Part shown: positions 12,756 to 25,960 of the stretch, in pieces
Layout: every line of letters begins with the position of its first letter
How positions within the stretch are numbered: the stretch's first letter is position 1
DNA from: Octopus sinensis
Lineage: Eukaryota
NCBI RefSeq assembly: GCF_006345805.1
Contig: NC_042997.1
Location: 189,844,001-189,908,000 of the forward strand
Direction of reading: 5' to 3'
Length of the DNA: 64,000 bases
Translations under genes and position numbers: made by a program
The notes under the pieces: model-generated
The model's input: the letters and a program-made list of their open reading frames with translations, nothing else
Database searches by the model: none
Told to the model about the DNA's origin: nothing

Positions 12756-13025
12756 ATAAGACAGTAAGGTGTGATTTGAGGGAGATTTGGCTGCTATTTC
12801 TACCATGTCTACCTGCCATGTAGGGGTCTCCCTCATAGGCTCACACATACATATATACATAGATAAGACAATAAGGTGTGATTTGGGGGAAATTTGGCTG
12901 CTATTTCTACCAGGTCTAGCTACCATGTAGAGGTCCCCCTCATTGGCTCATATATATATACATACATAAGACAGTAAGGTGTGATTTGAGGGAGATTTGG
13001 CTGCTGTTTCTACCAGGTCTGTTAG
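12756..13025 (+). repeat. Three tandem ~105-bp units
   Basis: 'ataagaca.taaggtgtgatttg.ggga.atttggctgct.tttctacca' starts at 12756, 12863 and 12966. Confidence 0.9.
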
Positions 13026-13344
13026 GCCTTCTCATGTAAACTCAAGCTTTCTCATGCCTTGAACATAAGACCAAAGCAGAGAATGTATTCTTTTATTCTT
13101 CTGCTTTTTCCAGCCATTGGTCTGTGGCCATGCTGGGGCAATGCCTTGAAGAATTGTAGTTTAATGAATCAACTCCAGTTTTATTTTTGTAAGCATTGTA
13201 CTTATTCTATCTGTTTCCTTTGTCAAACCACTAGGTGACAGGGATGTAAACAAACCAACATTCGTTGTCAAGCAGTGGTGGAGGACAATCACAAGCACAG
13301 ACACGCACACACACACACACACATACATGCATACACATATACAC

Positions 13345-13379
<35 letters not shown>

Positions 13380-13401
13380 TATATATGTGTGTATATATAT
13401 A

Positions 13402-13660
13402 TTGCAGCGTGGAAGGTGTTTGTAAGCCATTTAAGAAACACACAAAAACCGTTACATTCACTTCAACATTTAAATTTAATTTGCCAAAATATTTTCGTCG
13501 CTTTGAGACCGCGACCTGTTCACTGACAAAAATATCGTGCTAACAGGTCGCGGTCTCAAAGCGACGAAAATATTTTGACAAATTAAATTTAAATGTTGAA
13601 GTGAATCTAACGGTTTTTGTGTGTTTCTTAAATGGCTTATAAACACCTTCAACGCTGCAA
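13402..13660. mobile_element. Foldback/MITE-like palindrome
   Basis: 119-bp arms (13402-13520, 13542-13660) with few mismatches and a 21-nt loop. Confidence 0.85.
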
Positions 13661-13734
13661 CTGTTTTCGTTCCAGCACACGATCTCAGATCAAGTCACTT
13701 GCTATGCAAGTACATCTCTGTAACTATATATATT

Positions 13735-13767
<33 letters not shown>

Positions 13768-13836
13768 GTATATTGGTAAAAACAGTAAGATAACAAAAGA
13801 AAGAAAGAGACCTCAATATTATGTAAATAGAGGAAA

Positions 13837-14229
13837 TCTTTATATATAAAAGTGAGGTTGTGTGTCTGTCTCCTACGATTTAGATTCCTAACTACTCCCA
13901 CATTTTGCGGTGCAGTTTACCAAAACCGGGTATCTTATAGTCGTGATACATATCGAGACCGTCTGGGTATTAGCGCGCGTCTACGATGAGTCTACGATTT
14001 TAAAAAAAATTACCATCAATTTTTCCCATTTTTAATCCATTTTTGACATATATAAGGGAAGTAACTCTTTAAAATTTATTATTAAATCTCAGAACGTAAA
14101 AAGCTACAGTAACACCCCTCCCCCTTTGTGGTTAGCCATATTGAGATGGCTATTATACTTTACATCTCTAAAAATGCTTATATAATTATTTCCCTTACAA
14201 ACCCGAGCAACGCCGGGCGATACTGCTAG
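13837..14229 (+). mobile_element. Non-autonomous Helitron (second family)
   Basis: A|TC start; 3' end 'cccgagcaacgccgggcgatactgctag|t' identical to that of 3975-4367. Confidence 0.8.
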
Positions 14230-14488
14230 TCCGTAATATATGCCCAAAACACTTCAGTAGCTCTACTTTGCATCGATTGCAAAATTATATATTCTATGAT
14301 CATTAAAGTGCAACGACCTCCACAATGACCAGCCTTCAATTTGATATTCCGTTCCTAAGTTAATCGGGAACATAGTTTGCAGCACAACTCATAAATTCAT
14401 AAACCTACTCGGTAGTTCAAGTATTTGGTGAAAAAAATACCACCAAAGCAATTTAAACCGTCCAAAGGACAGGTGCTAGTTCGCTAGT

Positions 14489-14524
<36 letters not shown>

Positions 14525-15589
14525 TTAAGTAAGTGTTGGGAAGCAAGTTAGACAGATCAATATATAAAGTATATTAAATACATGAAAAACAAATAATGAA
14601 TATATGCATATATATAAAAAAGGTCCGACTTACACATTATTGTCCAATGAGCCACCAGATACAGCCTTTGGATTTGTAATACTGTTCCTCAACCCTTTTA
14701 ATTCTCTATATCATTTGTATTATGTGTAAGTATACATGCATTTTTTTTGTATTTCATGTATTTAATATATTTTATTGATTGGTCTAACTTGCTTATTCCA
14801 TACATTTACTTCTATACCCGCTCAAGTTTAGATCTCTCGAGCACTACTAAGTGTATTCTATACGGAGAAAATGTGGATCTCATCTATGAGCTATATATAT
14901 ATAATTAACACACACAGACATGCCTACACACATATACGAATATATTTCATGCAAATTTCTGTTTATATATAAATTTATATAACATGCTAGGATCTTTGAC
15001 CGTTTGTTCATTTATGGATATATTATTAAACAAACTGAAGACTTTCAAGCCTTTAAAATACACGTCGTGAAAGGTGTATTTAAAGCCTCGAACAACTTGT
15101 TTCGAATCGATGCTAGATCACAAACAAACATTTTAATTATCACGGTTGAGCGTTAAGCAAAGTCTACTTGTATGCTAGACACAAAAATAAAAGGCTGGTT
15201 CCTTTCATGTACTCAACAACTAAGTGCATGAAATATCAACTTGTAAAACCGGGTATCACAAGATATTTATTAAAGGCCATGGAACCACAAGACACCTATT
15301 ATAATTGTTTATGACTGCAATAATTCTTTGTTTTGTTTCAAATTTCCTTGCATTTCAATTTTGTGGAAGTCAGCGATATGAAATATTTCAATTCCCCTTA
15401 AATATTTCATAACACATTTTAGAAAAGATGAAGTCAGACGTGTTCTGGGTAAGACACAGGAATGTGTGTCACAGTACGGATGTATGCATCTATGCATTAT
15501 ATATATATATATATATAATGCATAGATGCATACATCCGTACTTCAATCTTACCTGACTGAACTTCTTCCTTTCTAGGATCCTCATCTTT

Positions 15590-15748
15590 CCAAACGTTTT
15601 GAACTTTCGGTACCTTTTCGTCTGATCCCTTTCTGTCGAAGAGTGTAGGCTCGAAATGTGAAAGACTTTTTCATTTTTTCCGAGCGTCAAACTAAAACAC
15701 CTCCTTGTTTGTTCCCTCACCTGTCTTCGTCTTTCGTAACTTTGAACA

Positions 15749-15750
<2 letters not shown>
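15590..15750 (+). mobile_element. Penelope-terminus-like repeat
   Basis: 'ccctttctgtcgaagagtgtaggctcgaaatgtgaaagactttttc'; followed by (TA)n. Confidence 0.55.
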
Positions 15751-15807
<57 letters not shown>

Positions 15808-15809
15808 GT

Positions 15810-15838
<29 letters not shown>

Positions 15839-15842
<4 letters not shown>

Positions 15843-16098
15843 AGGCGCAATGGCCCAGTGGTTGTAGGATCGCGGTTTCGATTCCCAGATCGGGCGTTGT
15901 GAGTGTTTATTGAGCGAAAACACCAAAAGCTCCACGAGGCTTCGACAGGTGGTGGTAGCGATCCCTGCTGTACTCTTTCGCCACAACATTCTCTCACTCT
16001 TTCTTCTGTTGGCCTGCTCGCTTGGCCAGCGGGGTGGAGTCACTTAATGACTAAAACAATGCGAAGCGGATTGTGACCAGTGATGTATAGCAACATCT
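15839..16098 (+). mobile_element. SINE group A (head A1 + tail Y)
   Basis: Head 'gtggaggcgcaatggcccagtggt' with an internal deletion; tail 'ggcctgctcgcttggccagcggggtgg...caacatct'. Confidence 0.85.
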
Positions 16099-16145
16099 AG
16101 ATTTATGTATGTAGGTGTATGCATGTATGTGCACACAAACACAAG

Positions 16146-16184
<39 letters not shown>

Positions 16185-16282
16185 ACGTACATACGTACGT
16201 ATTTATTGATTCAGAGATTCATTTCACAGCAAGACAAAACGTAAATGTTTTAAATAAATGGATACACTTTAGTATACAGAAT

Positions 16283-16351
<69 letters not shown>

Positions 16352-17854
16352 CCTGCATAAATACTACACGCATACATTAACAGATGCACGCACACAGCCA
16401 CACAGACACACACACAAACACACACGCACATACACGCACAGAGGCACGCACGCACGCAGGCACTCTCACATGTCACGCTACAGTTATGTTCAATTACAAA
16501 TGATATCAGTACATAAATTATATGCAATTTCTTGTGTAATCAAGAATATGCTTATTTACCTATGTCTGTCTCTCTCTGTCTGTCTGTACACACACATACA
16601 CACACACACACAGAGAAACACACAGAGACATACATATACATATATCAAATTATACATGATATATATATATATAGATAGATAGATAGATACATGGATACAT
16701 AGATATATTTAATATATAATATATATAACGTATAATATACCTTATATAATATAATATTATATATATACATATATATATATAAATACGTGTATATATATAT
16801 AGATATAGATATAGATATATAGATAGATAGATATATAGATATATTTAATATATAATATATATAACGTATAATATACCTTATATAATAAATTATTATATAT
16901 ATATTTTTTGTATAAATACGTGTATATATATATATATATATAAAACTTTGCATACTTCATATATATGAATATGCATATATATTATATATTCACACATATT
17001 TTTTTACAGACTCTTCCAGGTCTGTACGCTATACAGACACATACCAAAACGCGCCATTTATTTCCCTGTTCCTATACATTCTACATTTACTCTCACATTT
17101 ACGCATTCCTGCAGACATATGCATCTGATGTCGGTATAACATTTTTTTGTTCTGTGCATGCGCGCTTCCATAAAGCTTTAAAATATAAGTAAAATATAAA
17201 CGTTTAATTAAAACTATACGCATATAGTAAGCAATTCTCTCCTCCGATCCTTCAACATCCTTGATAGACAGAGCTGATAAATTATCGATATATCCTGAAA
17301 TCGATAAAAAAATATTATTACCGATGACAACTTAAATATTCGCTTCAGCATCTAACTTTTTTTTTGGTGGGGAATAACAAAGGGAAGTAAAACAACACGA
17401 TGATTAGAAATGTATATAAAAAAAATCACTTTCTGATCAAAAGAAAGTTCCGATCGATAATATATGGTAGAAAGCAAAATCGATATCCATTAAATTTCTT
17501 ATAGAAATGTTCTGGTTTTGAGAGAAGGGAAGTAGACAGCATTATATTGAGAATTGATTGGGTTATTTTTTTTTTACGTATGCGCCATGGCAAAGATCAA
17601 TAATAATTCATGGAAATATGGAGACACATGGCATCATTATTAACTTGCATCATTGTAAACAAAAACCGAACGAGAATTGTTGGAGTGAAACCAACGGCTA
17701 ACTGAATTTACAACCTGATTTTCATTAACAGTTGAAGGTAGTTTGCTTTACTTAAGTTGTTCGAATGTTGCGGTGGCACTCTTCTATAATATAAGCACAA
17801 TGCATTAAGTTGTAACATTACATTTCCTATATAATATCACTTTTTTTTTTTGAA

Positions 17855-18505
17855 GGCGGCGAGCTGGCAGAAACGTTAACATGCCGGGGGAAATGCTTAA
17901 CTGTATTTCGTCTGCCGCTACGTTCTGAGTTCAAATTTCACCGAGGTCGACTTTGCCTTTCATCCTTTCGGGGTCGATAAATTAAGTACCAGTTACGCGC
18001 TGGGGTCAATACAATCGACTTAATCCGTTTATCTGTCCTTGTTTTTCCTCTCTGTGTTTAGACCCTTGTGGATAGTAAAGAAATTGGTATTATAAAGGCG
18101 GCGAGCTGGCAGAAACGTTAACATGCCGGGCGAAATGCTTAACGGTATTTCGTCTGCCGCTACGTTCGGAGTTCAAATTCCGCCGAGGTCGACTTTGCCT
18201 TTCATCCTTCCGGGGTCGATAAATTACGTACCAGTAACGCACTGAGGCCGATGTAATCAACTTAATCCGTTTGTCTATCTTTGTTTGTCCTCTCTGTGTT
18301 TAGCCCCTTTGTGGGTAATAAAGAAATAGGTATTTCGTCTTTCGTTACGTTCAGAGTTCAAATTCCGCCGAGGTCGACTTTGCCTTTCATCCTTTCGGGT
18401 TCGATAAATAAAGTACCATTTTCGCACTGGGGTTGATGTAATCGACTTAATCCATTTGTCTGTCTTGGTTTGTCCCCTCTATGTTTAGCCCTTTGTGGGT
18501 AGTAA
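17855..18505 (+). mobile_element. SINE group B trimer
   Basis: Head+body, head+body, body; enclosed by a 17-bp TSD with 1 mismatch. Confidence 0.9.
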
Positions 18506-18663
18506 AAAATATATATCATATCACTTTTCTGTTATATCCAATCGCCTCTACCCTTTACTGTTACATAGAATATTGTGTCATCATAAGTGTCGCATGCACC
18601 TTTTCCACTTATATCGGCACACAACGCGACCCAAATATAACTGGGGTGGAGTACTGTTGTTTG

Positions 18664-18961
18664 TTTGTTCCTTCTCGAGCCACGCCTGCTTCATAGGGTT
18701 TCCCGGTTTCCTTGGGGTATAGGTTTCCCCACCTGGACGAGACGCCGGTCCGTCGCAGGTGAGCTGCAAGATGCAGGAGGAAAGAGTGAGAGAAAGTTGT
18801 GGCGAAAGAGTCAGTAGAAGTTCCACCATTACCTTCTGCCGGAGCCATATGGAGCTTAGGTGTTTCGCTCATAAACACACACATCGTCCTGTTTGAGATT
18901 CGAACCCGCGATCTCTCGACCGCGAGTCCGCTGCTCTAACCACTAGGTTATGTGCCTCCAC
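18664..18961 (-). mobile_element. SINE group A (head A1-like + tail X)
   Basis: Reverse complement closely matches 46321-46620. Confidence 0.9.
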
Positions 18962-20264
18962 GGGGTGGAGTATAAACGTAGTTAATTTAATCTACCCTAG
19001 TACGTAACTGCTATAACGACTCTAGATCAGGGAAAAATAAATTTAATCCCAATAGAATGAAAGGCAAAATCGACTGCACAAGGCAGTCAATCCAACTCTA
19101 CCGAGCATCTTACTCTATTTCCTGGTCAAAATAAACCAGTATTCAACGAGGAAGCACGATAGGCTTAGACGATTCATGTTTGAATGAAACTTGTCTGTAG
19201 GTTAATGTCTAAGAATTAAGAATGTGAAAACAAAGGAAAAATTTGAGTGGAATACAAGTTAGAGATCTGATAGCAAAGAACCAAACCAACACTAATATGC
19301 AAAAGGCTTCCAATAAGATAATTTATATTAAAACACCGCCTTTCTGTGAATGGCATTCGAGATATCAATGTAATAGAAAAGGGTAGTTTATCCCGAGGCC
19401 TAGTTTGGTAAGAATACTTAATTACTATAGCCGAGAAATCGGGTGATCTACTGACTAAAGGGTAACGTCTACGAACTGAATCTGGAACTGAACATCTGTT
19501 CACAGTGAATTCAATCTTAGAGTTAAGGTGTTATAATATAACGTTATTAATGATTTACCTTTTCAATTTGAAGAAATATTTCGTATCTGTATATTTATAC
19601 AATTTTTTGTTTTGCTATACAGCAAGTACAAGATGTGATGGTGAAAGCACTTCACAGAAGCCGATTCCGCAAAAGGGAATAAAAGGGAGTGAAGAAAAAA
19701 TGACCCAGTAGTTGATTAATGCATTGATTCCTAAGAGATGAACGGTCGTGGAAGGACTAGAACTGAGAGCCAAGCATTTTATTAAATAGTCTGCCAACTC
19801 TATCAATTTCTCGCCTTGTGTTCAAACTGACACAATTAAGTGATTTCAACTGTTCCAGGACACACAGTATGCTACAACATTCACCTTTTTGCTCACTTTC
19901 TAATTTTACTGTCTTTCGCGAAGAGTCAAAATTTCATTCCATTTCCACGGGTGAAAAATGTTTTCTTACAATGGTATAAGACGCAAAGAGAGTCGGGTAT
20001 GTAGCCAATCTAATCTCCTCTAGTATTCATTTAGTACTTATCTTATTGACTCTAGATCGTTGAAAGGCAAATTCATCGCAATAGGATGAAAAACAAGATG
20101 AGCCGCACAAGACAGTCCATCCAACACCGTACCGATTTTCTGATTCCACTTCTTCATCGAATAAAAATTAGGGAAATTAATTGAAATAGTGCATCTGGGT
20201 GCATATAGAATTACAATAATAGCAGGTAAATATTAGGCTAAAAATCCTTATTGTATAAAAAAGT

Positions 20265-20400
20265 TGAAGGCTGGCGTGGAGAGAGGAGGCTGGTATGCAT
20301 GGGTAATTGCTGGGCTTCCTCAAACAACATTTCCGGGACTTCTACCTCGGAGGGTAACTTTCTAGGTGCAATCCAATGGTCATTGATGACCGAAGGTGGG
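20265..20400 (+). mobile_element. SINE/LINE tail fragment related to 30740-30880
   Basis: 'ggcgtggagagaggaggctggtatgcatggg...gagggtaactttctaggtgcaatcc.atggtc' is the reverse complement of the tail of the 30.7-31.06 kb element. Confidence 0.7.
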
Positions 20401-20749
20401 GGTCTAAGAACTTTGAGATAAACTATTCCTAAAAAAAAAAAATTAACAATCTCTAAAAAATTTATAAATTATTGAAATTGTATTTGAATGCAGTATTTTA
20501 TATATTTGTGCCATTGTATTGGATTATTTAGAAATATACTTAGGAAAATGATAACAATTTTATTCTAAAACGAAAATATTTCAAAAATTAAAATATTTTC
20601 AAAAGAGCCGATCAATGTCTTGCATTATTTAATTTCGATCTTCAGTGTCCATAATTTATTTTATTTATTTTATTTTATCTTGTTTCAGCTCACGAGCTGT
20701 GGCCATGCTGGGGCACCGCCATTCGCTGTTGCTACATGATTTTACTTCA

Positions 20750-21110
20750 CGAATGCTTTTTAGCAATTGCCATTTGGTGCATGAGAGAGTTCGATGCAGC
20801 TGCCCTCATCTGCACCTCCTGCCGTGAAGCTGGTTCATCTGGGACACCTGACAGGAAGAGATCCAGTTTTATTTTAAAGACATCTGCATCCACCCCATGC
20901 AGGTCTCTCAGGTCCTTCGGGAGGATATTGTCCTACATCTTGATGGCAAATTTGGAGTCCTTGGCACTATGCAGTGGCGCCCAGTTCTAGTATTTGTGTA
21001 ACTCTCGATGCCAAAGTTTGGGACAAGTCCTTCTAGGATCTTCCAGATGTATATTATGGCATATATTTCTCGCCTATGCTCTAAGGAATAGAGTCTTAAT
21101 CTACCATTTC
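20750..21110 (-). mobile_element. Decayed CR1/Jockey-like LINE 3' fragment
   Basis: 'LYSLEHRR..YAIIYIWKILEGLVPNFGIESYTN.RTGRHCIVP' and 'RDLHGVDADVFKIKLDLFLSGVPDEP'. Confidence 0.75.
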
Positions 21111-21510
21111 AATTTATTTTCCATCACTCGGAGATTGATACACGTATTCACCGTCGACAGAATACGTTTGGTCCTCTTCTTCAACCAAAACAGTTAGCCT
21201 TGTGTTTAATTGAAAGAAATAATTTACAACAGGATGTAGCTTTAGTTGTGTCTTATTGCCACTGTTTTACGCTCTACTTCATTATTACATGGATGATTTT
21301 GTTTAAAGGGGCAGCTCAGTTGGTTCAAACAGCTGCTGCTGAACTCGATTACTTACAATTTCTTCTACAGGTAAATTATATTTATGAGCTTGAGACTATC
21401 GTATAACACGTAATAAATTTATTGAATTATTACTAGCAACTAATCTTTTCGGATCGAAGAATAGTGTAATATTCTGTGAGTACTATTACCATTCTGAAAG
21501 TGTTTACTAT

Positions 21511-21921
21511 CACTATACTCTTTACTCTTTTACTTGTTTCAGTCATTTGACTGCGGCCATGCTGGAGCACCGCCTTTAGTCGAGGAAATCGACCCGAGGA
21601 CTTATTCTTTGTAAGCCTAGTACTTATTCTATCAGTCTCTTTTGCCGAAACGCTAAGTGACGGGGACGTAAACACACCAGCATCGGTTGTCAAGCAATGG
21701 TGGGGGGACAAACACAGACACACAAACATATACACACATACACATATATACATATATACGACGGGTTTCTTCCAGTTTCCGTCTACCAAATCCACTCACA
21801 AGGCTTTGGGCGGCCCGAGGCTACAGTAGAAGACACTTGCCCATGGTGCCACGCAGTGGGAATGAACCCGGGACCATGTGGTTGGTAAGCAAGCTACTTA
21901 CCACACAGCCACCTCTGCGCC
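21511..21921 (-). mobile_element. SINE group C, full length
   Basis: Head, internal (TA/TG) microsatellite, Meta-like tail and (aaagagt)n end. Confidence 0.9.
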
Positions 21922-23299
21922 TCCACACACCTAATATAGACAATATTTAAAGAAAAAGACCAATAAACTAACCTACCTTAATTTAGCAAGACAGGTAATT
22001 CAACCATGTAGTAGCATTGCTACAATTTGATTCTTCATGAGAGTGACTCACTTAATTTGTTAACGTAAATATATTTACTTTTTACATAAAGCTATAAAGA
22101 ACTCGAAGTTTGTTGACAGTTACAGACAGGAACAAATAAATATCAGACCGTATTCTAAATTTACAGTAATTTCTCGGAGATGGCTTTCAAGGTAAGAAGA
22201 ATTTAAGAAGAAAATTTTCCTTCTAAAGTGAAGTAGAATGAAAAGAAAATTAGAAGCGCGGTTCTATAGCAATTGTGCTAGCGTCGAGGATTAAAAGATG
22301 GCAAATATTATAGTGATGATTGTAAAATTAAGCTAATGATCACAACTACTTGCAAGGCTTATCCTAACAACTGATGTTAATTTACTGAAAGAAAACAAAC
22401 CATGTTTTAAATTGATCAGCATCTGAAAAAAAATCTTCATTAGGTTTCACGTTTCAAGAACAGGAGGATGTGAAGTAATTTGTGTATCAATTAGTCGACT
22501 TGTAATTCATGCCGCAAGTAATTGCTGTAAGACAATTTTTTAAAGTTTTCTCTGTTAATGAAAGAACAAGAAAATGCTAGTAGCAAAGCGAACGCAAACT
22601 AAAACAACGTTGTTATTTTAATTTTCTGTTGACCAAAAATGAAAACTCTTTAAATCATCCCAAGTTAATCGATTTTTTTTTTATGTTTCTTCTTAAGCGC
22701 TGATGTGAATATGAAAAATTAGGCAAATATTTTCAAGATCTTTTTCATTTCATTTCATCTCGCTCTAGAAAATATTAAGTTACAGTTTGTTAATCCTAAA
22801 CCAACAATTCCACTTTTGTTAATCACAGTTATGATTTTAAACAGAGGTATAATGAAAGTGTATATGTTTGTATGAGTATGTGTGTGCATTTACATATTTG
22901 TGTAATTATATGATAGTGCGTGTGTGTGTAAATCTGTGCCCAATTGCGAAAGAAGAAGGGATAGTGATAAAGAAGATAGTTTCGAATTACATGGGAATAT
23001 TTGATAGAACGATTGCTAGGGCTGTTTACTTCCCTCTTTAATAGTAATTTTGTGTTACTACAATCAACATCTTACTGCGATCAAACCTAGAGAACGGCAG
23101 GCTTCTCTAGGTTTAAAATGGCCGAACTTGCCTATGCCACGATAGCCGAGAATCCAAAGCAAGGCAAAATTTTAAAATATGCAGCTTCAGCAACATTTAA
23201 CAACGAGATGAACTGTGTTATATCCAAAGAATTAATATTGCTTATAAGTACATAGAATGATAATTTGAACACTCTTACAGGCACTTATTTCATTAACTG

Positions 23300-24250
23300 T
23301 ACTAGTTGAGTGGTGAAATGTGTGGTTTTGGAAACCCGTAGCACGTTACAAGAAATGAAAAGATTTCGAAAATCCTACATATGGGAAGCAGCTGGAGATT
23401 TTGTTTCAGGTGAAATCTAAGAAACGATATAAAATCTACGACTTAATAAAGATCTCAGGTGGGCAGCAAATGAAGGTAGTAACAGAGGATAGAAGGTCTT
23501 AATGCTACATTTATGGAAACACTGATCATCTCAAATAATTTCGCTTTCTGCCCTCTACAACAATAGAAACTGCCAGCTGATAGAAGGCCTCTACTACAGC
23601 CAGCATTACAATTTCATGTCCAACAGTAGCAGTGACCACATCAGAAACGAGCACAGCAATTTCAACAATAACAACCAACCGCATCAATAGTTATTGCAAT
23701 TCCAGCTACAAGACTGCAAGAGACACAGCAGCAACAATGGAAACAAAAATAACAAAAACAATAAAAGAGCTACCGATCTCAAGAGCCAGCATATCACCAC
23801 CAACAGCAGCCGTTCAAGAATTTGGACCTGGAGATCTCCATTTCCAGCGGCTTCGAGGGCCACCTCCCAGTGTTGTCGGGCGTCAACGAAGAGACCTCGA
23901 CTACAACAAGACGACCAAAGTTTTTTTTTCTAAGGTCTGGGGTCTCCCGCCCCTAAGCCCTAGACCACCACCTAATCACCCTTACCCATCTTGTTGCTTA
24001 ACAACAAAAACAACCACCAACAGCAACAACTGAAAGCTACTCCAGCCCTACAAACAACAATAAATTAAAAAGGCAACGGCTTCCCATTAATATATATCCC
24101 TCCCACTTGCGGCCACTCAGATAAGTAGGGACATGATGAGGCTAAATGGCAAAAAATTACCAATGCAAAGAGAAGAAAAAGAATAAAAAAACACAGCGAC
24201 ACAAAAAACGGGTAGCTACAACACATGGGGGATAAATGCTTTGGATGAAT
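23300..24250 (+). mobile_element. Possible decayed LINE ORF1 region
   Basis: 'QMKVVTEDRRS*CYIYGNTDHLK' resembles a 'V.VEGRR..C..CG..DH...C' zinc knuckle; followed by A/C-rich low-complexity sequence. Confidence 0.3.
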
Positions 24251-25754
24251 GATACACCAGTAATACCCCCAACAACAGTTATTGTATAATGATATACATA
24301 TTCATATACATTTGTGTGTGTGTGTGTGTTTGTGTGTGTGTCTGTCTGTTTCCACCACCACCGCTTTACAAAAGTTGTTGGTTTCTTTAAGTCCCCCGTA
24401 ACTTTGCGGTTCGGTAAAGGGATTCGATGGAACTAGTACCAGGCGTAAAAAAAAAATAATAAAATAAGTAGTGGGGTCCATTTATTCGACTAAAAATTCT
24501 TCAACGCATTGATCCAGCATGGCCGCAGTGTTATGACTAAAACAGTAAAAGATTGAAAAGAACATGATATATGTTCTTGGCTACTTCACATAGCCATGCG
24601 ATATTGTGAACTTTACAGTATGCGATAACGACATATCTACTTCCCAACTATATATGCAGTATAAATTAAAAATTCATTTATATTTCATTTAAAATTAATG
24701 TAATTTCTTGAGAAATTTTGAAGTCGAAATAAACACCTTCTTCTATAAGTTCCGTAATAACTGATACGGCACCTTCACAAATATCAACATTAATAGTAAT
24801 GCCGAAAATATGTTTAAGTTCTTTTAGAAATAACATTTATTACAATTGCAGCATTTCAAATGAAGTTAAAAAGTTTCCTCTTGCTAACTTCATAGTCGAA
24901 ACACACATACACAAACACGCAGACACACACGCAGATACACACGCGCGCACATACACACACACACACGCACACACACATTTTGCACTATACCTGTACAACT
25001 GCTAATATGAAATATTCGGTTTACTTGAGAGGGGGGCATTCTAAAGTGTTTTTCAGAAGTGAATAATATAATTATATAATTATATATTACATGTTATGTC
25101 CTGGAGGTTCCAATATAATATAAATTAACATAAATTAACATCACTTTGTACAAATTGAACAACGCTATTTCGGTTTACAAGCTTTTGAAGACGTTTTGTT
25201 TGTTTATATAATTCGACATATTTGCAATATTTTCGAGTTAAAGAAATTATAACATCTCAAATAAAATTTGAATTCTTATTCGTTTACATTAAAAATTAGA
25301 TAAACGAATAAAATTAAATTTATTAAACATCAAATAAGAAACAAAAATATGTGCATTAGATAAAATAAATTAGATTTTATTACATAAAGAAGGTAACATT
25401 GAAATCTATCTGCTACCTGTCTAAGTATGTATGTATATACAATTTATACATACAATAAGTATTATTTACGTATACATTGCGCACATACATAAACACACAC
25501 ACACACACACATATGAAGATACGTAGATATTGGTGTTTGCATAGAGCCTATGGAAATTATATAATATGTAGGAGGATAAATATCAATACTTATTACATTA
25601 AGTGTGATTCTGTGAGAAATAAAGTAATTTTGATATATTTAACAATAATTATATCGCTATCCGTATTTGGGGGACGTTGTCTAGGATTTAATAACTTCTA
25701 GGTGTTTCGTTCAAAATCGAAGACAATAACAATATAATTAGTTGTTCTAAATAC

Positions 25755-25960
25755 TCTTTTACTTGTTTCAGTCATTTGGCTGTGGCTATGTTGGAGCACC
25801 GCCCTTTAGTCGAGCAAATCGACCCCCAGGACTTATTCTTTGTAAGCCTAGTACTTATTCTATCAGTTTCTTTCGCCGAACCGCTGATGTTACGGGGACG
25901 TAAACACACCAGCATCGGTTGTCAAGCGATGTTGCGGGGACAGACACACACACATCTATA
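25755..25960 (-). mobile_element. SINE group C, 3' half
   Basis: Tail matches 21511-21720. Confidence 0.85.

Noticed and set aside
14457-14488. Possible third Helitron 3' end (accgtcc-aaa-ggacaggt...gctagt)
   Set aside because: The hairpin is imperfect and no matching 5' TC end or second copy was found.
15839-15900. tRNA genes at SINE heads (also 3.4, 18.9, 45.7, 46.3 kb)
   Set aside because: They have A/B-box-like motifs but no complete cloverleaf I could build, and each runs into a SINE body, often with TSDs.
16700-16935. ~135-bp tandem duplication in TA-rich sequence
   Set aside because: Real, but low-complexity and readily explained by slippage.
23632-24033. 133-aa Thr/Ser-rich ORF
   Set aside because: A/C-rich low-complexity sequence inside a probable LINE remnant; no domain.
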